64,000 nucleotides of DNA, from the NCBI GenBank assembly GCA_964429995.1, contig CAYSDY010000003.1, positions 49,241-113,240 on the forward strand, given 5' to 3'. The notes beneath the pieces were generated by a model that made no database searches, was not told the DNA's origin, and saw nothing but the letters and a program-made list of their open reading frames with translations. This DNA comes from an uncultured Methanosarcinales archaeon (GTDB taxonomy: Archaea; Nanobdellota; Nanobdellia; Woesearchaeales; UBA583). This document shows positions 46,361-55,888 of the stretch, piece by piece (position 1 is the first letter of the stretch; every line of letters begins with the position of its first letter). The translations under genes were made by a program, and so were the position numbers.

Positions 46361-47767
46361 TTACATAAGCATTACAATTGCAAATCCTATGAATAATGCA
46401 GGGATAAATGCAAGACCATCTTTTACAAGAATCTTTTTTAAATGTTCATGTTCTTGTGCTAACTCTTTTATTCTTTTTAACTGATCTTCATCTATTCCAA
46501 GCTTGAAATCCTCTTTGTGATATATTATCTTATTGTTTATTTTTATGTCTTCAACAACCCAATCACCAAGAGAAATCTTATATATATCTTTTTTTGATAC
46601 AAACATATGTTTCTCTATTATTTTTGCAATTTTGATAAAAATATATATCAAATTTAATGTTATTAATATTGCAAATTTTGAATTTAGGAATGAAACAAAT
46701 ACAACTATTGATGAAAAAATTAACATTATAAGTTTCTCTTTTAGACAAAATGTTATTCTTATATGCTTTATGTTGATAATATAATGAAAGATCAACATTA
46801 ATATTCCTATTATTCCTCCTGCTATAAATGAAAAAAACATAAACAATAGCACAAATGATAGTATATGTATCTTTAAAATGTCTTGTGTTAAAAGTATAAA
46901 TGAATATGAAATAAAGTTTATTATGATTAATATGCTATATGGTAATATACATCTTTTTTTAACAAAAACTTCATCTAATGAATTAGAATGCATTTTTATA
47001 TTATCAACATCTTCTTTGGTTATAATTGAAGGTGCATCTTTTTGATTTACAATAATTTTATCACCTGATTTTATGACTCCTTCTATTATATCTTCTTGTT
47101 TAATGTTTGATGTTTTAATTTTAATAATGTAGTATACTGATGAGAATATATCTTCTTTTGAAAAAAAAATTATGCTAAATGCCAACAATCCGTTTATTAC
47201 AAAGAACATACGAAAATTCATGTACATAAAAGATGTAATAAATAAAAAAAATATCATGAATAACAATCCTGTATTCTTCATATCTTGTTTCTTTTTAACA
47301 TAAAAAACTGTTAAAACAATCATTACAAAAATTGATGAAAAATTAATTATGTTTAAAATATATGTTGCTGTATCAACGTTTGATGATACAAAATATGTAA
47401 ATTTTTCTAAAATGTTGTGCAGTATAATGTAATAATTTTTATTATTATAATTTGTAAAATTTAACATGTAATATGATGCACCTGCAAATCCTATCAAAAA
47501 CTTTGCATCACCACCTCCCCAAATACCTAAATAATACAAAATACTGCCCAATATGAATCCTATGCACATCCCAAAAAATACTGAAGAGATAGGAAAAATA
47601 TTCATATTGTATACAGAATCAAGAATTCCTGCAGTAAGGATGCAAAACAAAAATGAAAAGTTGATGTAGTCATATACCTCTCTTTTTTTTATATCTTCAA
47701 TTGATGCAATTATAAAAACCATAATTACTGTAAATAAAACTATATATCCTAAAACCATTTTATTCAA
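46361..47767 (-). CDS. A24-family prepilin/preflagellin peptidase (PibD/FlaK/EppA-like), enlarged
   Basis: The first catalytic Asp context is IIASIEDIKKREVYDY and the second is GIWGGGDAKFLIGFAG (GxGD). It is 468 aa with extra TM helices, two soluble inserts and a C-terminal LAFIPALFIGFAI. Confidence 0.75.
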   Translation of the reverse strand: MNKMVLGYIVLFTVIMVFIIASIEDIKKREVYDYINFSFLFCILTAGILDSVYNMNIFPISSVFFGMCIGFILGSILYYLGIWGGGDAKFLIGFAGASYYMLNFTNYNNKNYYIILHNILEKFTYFVSSNVDTATYILNIINFSSIFVMIVLTVFYVKKKQDMKNTGLLFMIFFLFITSFMYMNFRMFFVINGLLAFSIIFFSKEDIFSSVYYIIKIKTSNIKQEDIIEGVIKSGDKIIVNQKDAPSIITKEDVDNIKMHSNSLDEVFVKKRCILPYSILIIINFISYSFILLTQDILKIHILSFVLLFMFFSFIAGGIIGILMLIFHYIINIKHIRITFCLKEKLIMLIFSSIVVFVSFLNSKFAILITLNLIYIFIKIAKIIEKHMFVSKKDIYKISLGDWVVEDIKINNKIIYHKEDFKLGIDEDQLKRIKELAQEHEHLKKILVKDGLAFIPALFIGFAIVMLM

Positions 47768-47990
47768 GATATATGTTGTATATTGAGTATATCATTAAAA
47801 ATAATGATGCTACTGTGGATGTGTAATAGCCAACTAATGGATAAAAAAAACCAAATGTCACTAAAATGTTTAGTATGCTTGTTATGTTTAATATAAACAA
47901 GATAAAACCAACACCCAAAAAGAAATGAGCTAATGATTTTCTGCTCCAAAATGTCTCTTGATACTTTTCTGAACTGTTTTTGTCTTTCAT
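47760..47990 (-). CDS. small membrane protein, hypothetical
   Basis: 76 aa with two hydrophobic helices. Its stop overlaps the peptidase start by 8 nt. Confidence 0.45.
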   Translation of the reverse strand: MKDKNSSEKYQETFWSRKSLAHFFLGVGFILFILNITSILNILVTFGFFYPLVGYYTSTVASLFLMIYSIYNIYLE

Positions 47991-48077
47991 AAATTGTTTT
48001 TTAAAGTATATTATTTAAATATTTTTTTATTTTAATTGAGTGATTTAAAGTTTAATCTTAAAAAATCTAACAATAAG

Positions 48078-48088
48078 ATATATAAATT
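48078..48088 (+). promoter_or_regulatory. TATA box for the ABC transporter operon
   Basis: ATATATAAATT lies about 25 nt upstream of the ATG at 48108. Confidence 0.45.
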
Positions 48089-48107
48089 ATTATATTTGTT
48101 GCTTATT

Positions 48108-48827
48108 ATGATTACGATTAAAGCAGAGAATGTCTCTAAAAAATATGATGGATTTTCATTGAATGGATTTTCATTAGAACTTGAAAGTGGAAAAATGTTT
48201 GGAATATTAGGACCAAACGGTTCAGGAAAGTCTACTATAATAAAGATTCTTACAGGTCAAATAAAACCTGATAAAGGTAAAATTGAGATTATGGGAACTA
48301 ATCCTATAACTGAGCCCATTAAAGCTAAAGAAAAAATTGGAATAATTCCAGAACAGGAAACTCCTCCATCATTTTTAACAGTTAAAGAATATCTTGATTT
48401 TGTTTGTAAAATAAGAAATATAACTGACTCTGAAAAACGGATAAATTTTTTTTTAAATCTTCTTGAATTTAAGGAAGATAAAAATTCTTTAATAAAGGAT
48501 TTGTCGCGTGGAACCAAACAAAAGGTTTTATTTGCTCAGGCTTTTATACATTATCCAAAACTTGTATTCATAGATGAACCATTGATAAATCTTGACCCTA
48601 TAATACAAAAAAAGGTTAAGGAATATCTTGTTGAATATGTAAAATTGGGTAACACTATTGTGATATCAACACATATATTATCAATAGCTGAACAGATTTG
48701 TACTGATGTTTGCATACTAAATCATGGCAAAATACTTTATAATGGGAATTTAAGTAGAATCAAAAAAGATTATGAAAATCTTGAAGAATATTTTGTAAAA
48801 TTAATTGCGAAAAATGATAATAAGTAA
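48108..48827 (+). CDS. ABC transporter ATP-binding protein
   Basis: Walker A is GPNGSGKST, the signature is LSRGTKQK and Walker B is LVFIDEPLINLD. The start is set at the ATG (MITIKAENVSKKY), not the upstream TTG. Confidence 0.85.
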   Translation: MITIKAENVSKKYDGFSLNGFSLELESGKMFGILGPNGSGKSTIIKILTGQIKPDKGKIEIMGTNPITEPIKAKEKIGIIPEQETPPSFLTVKEYLDFVCKIRNITDSEKRINFFLNLLEFKEDKNSLIKDLSRGTKQKVLFAQAFIHYPKLVFIDEPLINLDPIIQKKVKEYLVEYVKLGNTIVISTHILSIAEQICTDVCILNHGKILYNGNLSRIKKDYENLEEYFVKLIAKNDNK

Positions 48828-50205
48828 TTTATTGTTAAACTTTTTAAAGGAAGAGGTTAGGATACATACAAATCTTTATAAGAAAAAAAGTTTTTTTAGT
48901 TATCCGTTTACTATATTTATATTCTTCTTTCTTATGACAACAGGTGGAATATTCCTTTTTGATGGATATAATCCTAAACATACAGGTTCATTTCTTATCA
49001 ATATTTTTTTTATTGCAGGAATAATGAGTGGTGCTTTTGGGCTTTATGCACAGGATTATCTTGAAAGAAAATTTGGTGATTTTGGAAAACTATTTTCAAA
49101 CACTCAGATATTACCAATCAAGCTTAATATTACTTTTTTAACTTTATCAATTTCTGATAGTATTTTTTATCTTTTTTGGTTCATAATACCTACTATTGCT
49201 GGATTTGTATCTGCTAATTGGGTAATGGGTTATGGTTTGGCTAATTTTTCATCACTTCTGCTAAATGCTTTTATAGTATTTACACTTGGACTGTTTACCA
49301 CTTTTCTTATATCTGTTATATATCAAAAGAGTAAAGTTTTTTTTTATCTTATTTTTTTATTTCTAATATCATTTGGATTTTATTTGTATATTAATGGTTT
49401 TAATTTATTGATGATTTTATCTTTGTTTTATTTGGAAAACAACTTATTAGTCCTTGTTATGTCATTAACTCTTATATTTGTATTTGCAATGCTTAGTTTT
49501 ATGATTATAGGAAATAATTTTAGTACTAAAAAAAAACAAAAGAAAAAAGAACAAAAATCCTTAAATTTTTCCTCTTTACCTGTAAACCACTATGTATTTA
49601 AGGACTACATAGATCTTATAAGAACAGGAGGTATGATTGGAAAACCTCTTTTTACAGTATTTATTCCTGCAATACTTTTACTTATACTTTTTTCATCAAT
49701 AGAAATATTAAAGACTTTAAATATAGATGTTTTATTTTTTGCAATAATAATAGGAACCCTCTCAACACAATTATTAAATTCGCTTATAAATAGCGATGAT
49801 TTTAGATATTACCGTTACCTACCTGTAAGCCTAAAGAACTATATAATCTCTAAAATGCAATTATCATTTGTAATATGTTTTGTTATGGGAATTATAATAC
49901 TTTTATTTTATTCTTTAAACATTTTACTTATACTAAAAGCATCAATAATACTTATAATGCTGATCTTTTATAATTTCTGTGTAAGTTTTTACCTTACAGG
50001 ATTACAACCTAACGAAAATCTTATGCAAAGTAAAAACTTTATTGAATATTTTATCTTTTATGTTCCTGTCTTATTTGCAATTATAATAATTAATATATTT
50101 TTAGACTCATTATTTTCATATATTGTATCATTAGTAATTATTCTTTTATTATCTAAAATATTATTAAGATTTGGAATAAGAAAATGGAACAAGAGTCTTT
50201 TTTAA
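48805..50205 (+). CDS. polytopic membrane protein, putative ABC transporter permease
   Basis: 466 aa with 10 or more hydrophobic helices. It overlaps the end of the ATPase gene. Confidence 0.55.
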   Translation: MRKMIISNLLLNFLKEEVRIHTNLYKKKSFFSYPFTIFIFFFLMTTGGIFLFDGYNPKHTGSFLINIFFIAGIMSGAFGLYAQDYLERKFGDFGKLFSNTQILPIKLNITFLTLSISDSIFYLFWFIIPTIAGFVSANWVMGYGLANFSSLLLNAFIVFTLGLFTTFLISVIYQKSKVFFYLIFLFLISFGFYLYINGFNLLMILSLFYLENNLLVLVMSLTLIFVFAMLSFMIIGNNFSTKKKQKKKEQKSLNFSSLPVNHYVFKDYIDLIRTGGMIGKPLFTVFIPAILLLILFSSIEILKTLNIDVLFFAIIIGTLSTQLLNSLINSDDFRYYRYLPVSLKNYIISKMQLSFVICFVMGIIILLFYSLNILLILKASIILIMLIFYNFCVSFYLTGLQPNENLMQSKNFIEYFIFYVPVLFAIIIINIFLDSLFSYIVSLVIILLLSKILLRFGIRKWNKSLF

Positions 50206-50219
50206 AACTCTTAACAAAG

Positions 50220-50227
50220 TTTAAAAA
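50220..50227 (+). promoter_or_regulatory. TATA box for tRNA-Thr
   Basis: TTTAAAAA begins 35 nt upstream of the tRNA 5' end. Confidence 0.45.
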
Positions 50228-50254
50228 GAGTAATCTTTTTTCATCTTATTATAT

Positions 50255-50326
50255 GCAATTGTCGTATAAAGGTTATTACAGAGCCATGGTAAGGCTCAAA
50301 TTCGGGTTCAATTCCCGGCAGTTGCT
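50255..50326 (+). tRNA. tRNA-Thr (anticodon GGU)
   Basis: Manual cloverleaf: acceptor GCAAUUG/CAGUUGC, D arm GUAU-AAAGGUUA-UUAC, anticodon arm GAGCC-AUGGUAA-GGCUC, T arm UCGGG-UUCAAUU-CCCGG, discriminator U. Confidence 0.85.
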
Positions 50327-50372
50327 TAAAAACTTGACAAACATTTATTAAGATAGTTTTTTTTTAAATATT

Positions 50373-50942
50373 ATGAAACTAAAAGTGTTAATTTTGCTAA
50401 TATTTGCTCTGACCATTTTTTCAGGTTGTGAGTATGATAAGAATCTTGCTCATAAAGATGTTTATAATGAGAAAATGATATCAATAAACCAATATTTTAA
50501 TGAAACAATACAAAATTATAATCATACAATAATAAATATAACAAGTGTATGTTTGAGTGGAGATTGTTCAGAATATAAGGATAATACTCAATATCCTGTT
50601 TCTCAAATTAAACAGTGTTATTTTTGTAATAGTGAAATTTTAGGAAAGGATATGTTACATTTGTACTCTTCAAAATATAGCTCTGGAAGTAGTGATGTTA
50701 GTTTTGGATGTCTTAAAAAATTTACTGGAGATGATATAGAAGGATTAAGAATAATTGAGAAAACAAATGATAAAATAGTATTTAGAGGATTTTTAACACA
50801 TGAATTCTTACAAAAAAGCATAATTTGCGATAGAAACAGTGATCCTGAATGTGATGATCAGGTATATGGAAAATGTTCTGGTTTGGATTACTCAATTGAA
50901 TTTAAAAAGGAAGTTGAATTTACAGTAGAAAGGAATAATTGA
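50373..50942 (+). CDS. putative lipoprotein / secreted Cys-rich protein
   Basis: The signal peptide has a lipobox-like LTIFSGC. The mature part contains 11 Cys. Confidence 0.55.
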   Translation: MKLKVLILLIFALTIFSGCEYDKNLAHKDVYNEKMISINQYFNETIQNYNHTIINITSVCLSGDCSEYKDNTQYPVSQIKQCYFCNSEILGKDMLHLYSSKYSSGSSDVSFGCLKKFTGDDIEGLRIIEKTNDKIVFRGFLTHEFLQKSIICDRNSDPECDDQVYGKCSGLDYSIEFKKEVEFTVERNN

Positions 50943-50958
50943 TTAAATGATTATTATT

Positions 50959-51070
50959 GAGAATTTTGAAAAACCCCAAAATTCTTAGAAGAGTGTTATC
51001 AAAAAACCCTTATAAGCCCTAATTGGACAAGTTCAATTCCAAAGTTATAGGTTTTTTACAACCCTTTATT
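50959..51070 (+). repeat. MITE-like repeat, copy 3 (internal-deletion derivative)
   Basis: The first roughly 90 nt and last roughly 25 nt match copies 1 and 2. The central roughly 135 nt are missing, with the junction at a shared TTAT. Confidence 0.75.
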
Positions 51071-51114
51071 ATAAAACCCTAATTATCTTTTAAATTTAAA
51101 ATATATTATAAACC

Positions 51115-51840
51115 CTATAAATCCCTAATAATTTCACAATCAAGTATATTTTTTCGCATTTCCCAATCTGGCATTAAAGCGGTCAATAAATTGAAAAAAT
51201 CTTTATTATGGTTATCATATTTAAAATGAATTAACTCATGTAATACAACATAATCAATAGCAAATTTTGGAGCTTCAATTAAATCTGAATTCAATAAAAT
51301 TTCATTTTTTGATTTATTACAAGAACCCCATCTTGATTTTAACTTTCTAGGTTTTATTGTTGGTTTTTCAATATCATACTTCTTAATTAATTTATACATT
51401 CTATTTAATGATTGATTAAATAAAATTTCTTCTCGCACATGATACCAATCTTTTATTAAATCCTCTTTACTTTTAATATCATTTTTATTTTTTATGTTTA
51501 AATAAATAAATCCTCTAAAATATTTTACACCTTCTTCATTTTCATCTTCTATAACTTTTAATCTATATTGTTTTCCCAAATATCTAAAAGTCTCACCAGA
51601 AATATATTCTTTTTTCGTTTTAGGAGTTGGTCTATTTTTTTTAAAATAATTAATATTTTTTTTAATCCATTTTCTTTTTTTTAATACAAATTCTTTAACT
51701 TTTTCTTCTTGAAGTTTAGAAGGTGCTGAAACAAGAATAGTTAAATCTGGTTTGACATTTATATTAATATTTTTAACATCTTTTCTAATCAAAGTAAATT
51801 CTATACCATCAATTTCTAGGTTTATACTATCTTCTTTCAT
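51115..51840 (-). CDS. YgjP-like (DUF45/SprT-like) zinc metallopeptidase
   Basis: HEXXH is in VVLHELIHFKY. ATGA overlap with the hsdR stop. This is a common partner of type I R-M operons. Confidence 0.8.
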   Translation of the reverse strand: MKEDSINLEIDGIEFTLIRKDVKNININVKPDLTILVSAPSKLQEEKVKEFVLKKRKWIKKNINYFKKNRPTPKTKKEYISGETFRYLGKQYRLKVIEDENEEGVKYFRGFIYLNIKNKNDIKSKEDLIKDWYHVREEILFNQSLNRMYKLIKKYDIEKPTIKPRKLKSRWGSCNKSKNEILLNSDLIEAPKFAIDYVVLHELIHFKYDNHNKDFFNLLTALMPDWEMRKNILDCEIIRDL

Positions 51841-54800
51841 TTTGCAAATCTTTTAATTATCATTGATTGAATTGTTTCAATAATTTTATCAATATTTTCA
51901 TAATCTAAATTTAATTTTTTATCTTCTTTATAATCAAATAATAAATCCTCAATCTCTTGGGCTATTTTGTTCATAATGTCAATATTATTTTGAAAATCAA
52001 TTTTAATATTTTTATCAATTATATTTTTAATTTTTATCGAAATATCAGCAATAGATTCATTATCTTCAAAATATTGATTAATTTGAAAAATTATATTTTT
52101 AAGAATTCCATAATAACTTTGAGAAATTATATCATTTTTAATTGAATTTGGATATTTAGTGTCAGTTTGTCCAGATTGATATTTTTTCATAATATCTTCC
52201 ATTCTATCAAAGTAATCAGATTCAGAGATTCTTTTATTTTTATAATCTTGAATTACATTATCTACTAATTTAGAAAATTTCTCATAATATGCGGGATTTT
52301 CTTCAAAATTTTGTGAAATACTCCTAGTTATTCTTGTTCTAATTGCATCTGCTTTTGCTCTTTTTGATCCTAATCTTTCAAGTTCTTCTGTAAAGTTTTT
52401 CTTATCCATAATATCCACAGGTTTTGTTATTTTGATAACTTCTTCTGCAACTATGTAATTATCCATTAAATTTCTCATTTGTGGTTCATATTCTTTGTAA
52501 TTTATATTATCTGAATATCTAATTTTAACTGATTTTCTAAGTTCAACAAAGAAATTTAAGTCTTGTTTAAATTTTTGCATTTCTTTTTCATCTATTGCAT
52601 TATAAATTTTTTCACTCTCTCTTGCAATAGATAAATTTTTACTAAATGATGCTAATATCTCATAAAAAAATTCTCTTGTTTCTTGTTTTTCAAGTAATAT
52701 TTCATATTCTTCAATATCAGATTTATTTTTTATTGATATGAATATATTTAATAGATTTGTGTGTGATTCTCTTAGATCTCCAATAACTTTAATAATATCT
52801 AAAACAGCACCTTTAATATCACCTGGGTCAAAATTTTCTAAACCTGCACCTGAATATAAATCCATAGCCTCATCTAGTCTTTGAAGTAATCCTCTATAAT
52901 CTACAATAAATCCATATTCTTTATTATCAAATAATCTGTTTACTCTTGCTATTGCTTGAAGAAGATTGTGTTCTTTTAGTTCTTTATCAATATATAAAAT
53001 AGAAGCTCTTGGAGCATCAAAACCAGTTAGAAGTTTATCAACTACAATAAGAATATCTATTGAATCGCCATAAACAAACTCATTTTTAATAGTATCTAAA
53101 TAACTTTCTTCTGTTCCATATTTACTCATCATAGTTTGCCAGAATTTTAAGATTTTACTCTTAGTTTCATTATCAACTTCCTCGTGGTCTTCTCTTTCAT
53201 CAGGACCAGAGATTATAACTTGTGTATCTAACTCTTTTAATTCATCAAATGCCTCTTTATATCTGATTGCATCAATTTTAGAGTTAGTTGCGAGCATTCC
53301 TTTGAAATAAATACCATGATTTTCTTTTCTTGTTAAAAAATCAGAGGTTATATCAAATGCAATAAGATTAATTCTTTGATTTGAAGATGCAATTTTCTCA
53401 AATTTGGCCCATTTTTGTTTAACATCTCTTTTTTGTTCAGGAGTTATATTTCGTGTAATAATATCTAATCTTAAATCTATTGCCTTCTTATTTACAGTTT
53501 GATCAATCATTCTACCTTCATATAATAAAGGAACAATAGCCTTATCTTCAACAGCATCATTAATTGTATATTTATGGATCAATTTACCAAATTTAATTAG
53601 GGTATTTTTTTCCCTTTTTAACAAAGGAGTTCCTGTAAAACCTAAATAACAAGCATTTGGAAATGTGTTTTTCATCTTTATATGAAATTCCCCATATTGG
53701 GTTCTGTGACTTTCATCGATTAAAATAAAAATATCTTTTGAATTATCAACAGATTTTTTCTTAAAAGATTTTTCAAATTTATTAATAATTGTAGTTACAA
53801 TATCTGCATTATTATCTTTTATTAATTCTATTAATTTCTCTCCTGTTGTAGCCCTACTTGCCTTTAATCTAGTATGATTAAATGTAGAGTGAATTTGTTT
53901 ATCCAAATCAATCCTATCTGTTACTACAATTACTTTTGGATGTTTTGCTGAAATCTTTGATAAAATATATTTTGCAAACATAACCATAGTTAATGATTTC
54001 CCAGAACCTTGTGTGTGCCAAATTACACCGGATTGTCTATTTCCAATTTCATCTCTTTCATTTATTGTTTTAATTGTCTCTTTTATTGCAAAATATTGTT
54101 GATATCTGGCTATTTTTTTAATATCTTTATCAAAAACAATAAAATATTTAATAAGTTCAAAAAATCTCTTTGGTTCAAATAAAGAAATTAAATTCTCATC
54201 TTGAATTGTTGGTTTTCTAGTTGTTATATGTTTAGAAATTTGAGTTTGTAAAAATTTCTCATCTTCTTCTCTCCAATGTGACCAGAATTTTTCAGGAGTT
54301 GAAGCTGTTGCATATTTTGTATCATTCTTATTTGTAGAAACTAAAATTTGAGTAAATTTGAATAATTGAGGAATATAATCTTTTCCTTGGTTTCTAATCA
54401 TTTGAGATATTCCTTGTTTTATATCTTCTGAGACTCTTTTACATTCTATTACTCCAAGTGGAATTCCATTTACAAATAAAACTATATCTGGCCGAGCTGT
54501 TTTATTAGAATTTTGTCTTTCAACAGCAAATTCAGGAACTGCATGAAATACATTATTTTGAGGGTTTTCAAAATCAATATAATTTAAATTAAAAGATCTT
54601 TTTGTTTTATCAGGTAAAATTTCTTGGTAGGATTTTCCTAGCATTAAATAATCATATATTTTTTCATTTGTTTTAACTAGACCATTTGTTAATGGTTCAT
54701 CTAAACCATCAATAGCCTGATTAATGTTTTTTTCTGAAAATTTAAAAGTTTCTTTTTTGTAAGTATAGGAGTTTAATTTTTCTAATTGTTGTTTTAAAAC

Positions 54801-54959
54801 TGGTTTTAATATTACATTATATAAACTTCCTCTCATAATTTCTGCATCTTCTGGTTTTAGAATATTGTAACCTAATTTTTCTAATAATTCTAATGCTGGA
54901 ATTTGAGAAGAGTTTTCTTCATTATATTTACTTGGACTTGGCATTTTTTGATATATCAT
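51837..54959 (-). CDS. hsdR: type I restriction enzyme R subunit
   Basis: N-terminal HsdR_N nuclease region (ARPDIVLFVNGIPLGVIECK), helicase motif I HTQGSGKS and DEAH-box ILIDESHRTQ. 1040 aa. Confidence 0.95.
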   Translation of the reverse strand: MIYQKMPSPSKYNEENSSQIPALELLEKLGYNILKPEDAEIMRGSLYNVILKPVLKQQLEKLNSYTYKKETFKFSEKNINQAIDGLDEPLTNGLVKTNEKIYDYLMLGKSYQEILPDKTKRSFNLNYIDFENPQNNVFHAVPEFAVERQNSNKTARPDIVLFVNGIPLGVIECKRVSEDIKQGISQMIRNQGKDYIPQLFKFTQILVSTNKNDTKYATASTPEKFWSHWREEDEKFLQTQISKHITTRKPTIQDENLISLFEPKRFFELIKYFIVFDKDIKKIARYQQYFAIKETIKTINERDEIGNRQSGVIWHTQGSGKSLTMVMFAKYILSKISAKHPKVIVVTDRIDLDKQIHSTFNHTRLKASRATTGEKLIELIKDNNADIVTTIINKFEKSFKKKSVDNSKDIFILIDESHRTQYGEFHIKMKNTFPNACYLGFTGTPLLKREKNTLIKFGKLIHKYTINDAVEDKAIVPLLYEGRMIDQTVNKKAIDLRLDIITRNITPEQKRDVKQKWAKFEKIASSNQRINLIAFDITSDFLTRKENHGIYFKGMLATNSKIDAIRYKEAFDELKELDTQVIISGPDEREDHEEVDNETKSKILKFWQTMMSKYGTEESYLDTIKNEFVYGDSIDILIVVDKLLTGFDAPRASILYIDKELKEHNLLQAIARVNRLFDNKEYGFIVDYRGLLQRLDEAMDLYSGAGLENFDPGDIKGAVLDIIKVIGDLRESHTNLLNIFISIKNKSDIEEYEILLEKQETREFFYEILASFSKNLSIARESEKIYNAIDEKEMQKFKQDLNFFVELRKSVKIRYSDNINYKEYEPQMRNLMDNYIVAEEVIKITKPVDIMDKKNFTEELERLGSKRAKADAIRTRITRSISQNFEENPAYYEKFSKLVDNVIQDYKNKRISESDYFDRMEDIMKKYQSGQTDTKYPNSIKNDIISQSYYGILKNIIFQINQYFEDNESIADISIKIKNIIDKNIKIDFQNNIDIMNKIAQEIEDLLFDYKEDKKLNLDYENIDKIIETIQSMIIKRFAK

Positions 54960-54960
54960 T

Positions 54961-55815
54961 TTAGTTTAACCTCCTTTTAATTTCTTCTGTAAAATCTTCT
55001 AATTTTGAAAAAGCTGTCCATTTTTTCCCAATATCTTTTAAAGATGCACCTATATGATAAACTTCATCATCTATTATTAAAAACCTATCGTGTGAGTCTT
55101 TAAATTCTTTTATTTGAAGATTGTTATATTGTTTGTTAAATTTATTTATATCTTCTCTTAATTCTTTTGTTATATTTTTAGTATAAATTGTAACTTTTAC
55201 TTGATTTTCTTTCTTCTTAAATAAATTAAGAGTTCTTTCATCAATATAATTATCAATTAATTTTATTTCATTTTTTGCTTTTCTAATTAAATCTGTTATG
55301 AAGATGTATGAGTCAAAGAATTGATTATTGAAGAAAATTCCTGTTTTAGGTTCATTTGTTTCTAAGAGATTGAATATTTTATTGAAATTGTTATCATGTT
55401 CTAATAATTTTGTTTCAATTATGTTTAATCTTTGGAATGTATCTTTATTTGTTAAAAGGAATTGTCTCATTTGAATAAATGCTCTCATAATCTGAATATT
55501 TACTTCAATAGCTCTTTTAGATGTTAAAATACTTGAAATATTTGCAACTCCTTGTTCAGTAAAGGCATAAGGCAAACTACCACCTAGATGTTGTTTTGAA
55601 GGTATCACAGATTGTGATACCATAATGTCTACTTCATTTTCGGTTAATTGAAACATAAAATCCTCTGGAAATCTTTCAATATTTCTTTTAATTGCCTGTT
55701 TTAAAGATCTTGTTTCAGTTTCATAAAAGTCTGATAAATCCCTATCTAAAATTACTTGAACTCCTCTTAGAGTATGGATTTTAGGTTTTATTACTTCAAT
55801 AATATTATTATTCAT
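54961..55815 (-). CDS. ORF6N-domain DNA-binding protein with C-terminal PLD-like HDRFLIID module
   Basis: LRGVQVILDRDLSDFYETETRSLKQAIKRNIERFPEDFMFQLTENE and GGSLPYAFTEQGVANISSIL form the ORF6N domain. The C-terminus has SHDRFLIIDDEVYHIGASLKDIGKKW. Confidence 0.8.
   Translation of the reverse strand: MNNNIIEVIKPKIHTLRGVQVILDRDLSDFYETETRSLKQAIKRNIERFPEDFMFQLTENEVDIMVSQSVIPSKQHLGGSLPYAFTEQGVANISSILTSKRAIEVNIQIMRAFIQMRQFLLTNKDTFQRLNIIETKLLEHDNNFNKIFNLLETNEPKTGIFFNNQFFDSYIFITDLIRKAKNEIKLIDNYIDERTLNLFKKKENQVKVTIYTKNITKELREDINKFNKQYNNLQIKEFKDSHDRFLIIDDEVYHIGASLKDIGKKWTAFSKLEDFTEEIKRRLN
54969..54974 (-). promoter_or_regulatory. Shine-Dalgarno GGAGGT for hsdR
   Basis: GGAGGT on the minus strand, 9 nt before the ATG at 54959. 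Confidence 0.55.
55601..55621. repeat. palindrome GGTATCACA-GAT-TGTGATACC
   Basis: Perfect 9-bp arms inside the ORF6N gene (encoding SQSVIPSK). A second copy is at 56603-56623. Confidence 0.8.
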
Positions 55816-55823
55816 TTCAACAA

Positions 55824-55829
55824 ACCTCC
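55824..55829 (-). promoter_or_regulatory. Shine-Dalgarno GGAGGT for the ORF6N gene
   Basis: 8 nt before the ATG at 55815. Confidence 0.55.
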
Positions 55830-55888
55830 TTTTGAGGTAGTCGCAATTTGTGACCAGTTATTTGAAGTCACAATTTGAGATGTCAAAT

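Noticed and set aside
51061-51130. Recurrent AAACCCTA / CCCTAA motifs reminiscent of telomeric repeats. They also occur at about 2296, 6862, 37240 and 37427.
   Set aside because: The copies are not tandem and are few. They are more simply explained as shared pieces of the MITE-like and GC-enriched repeat families.
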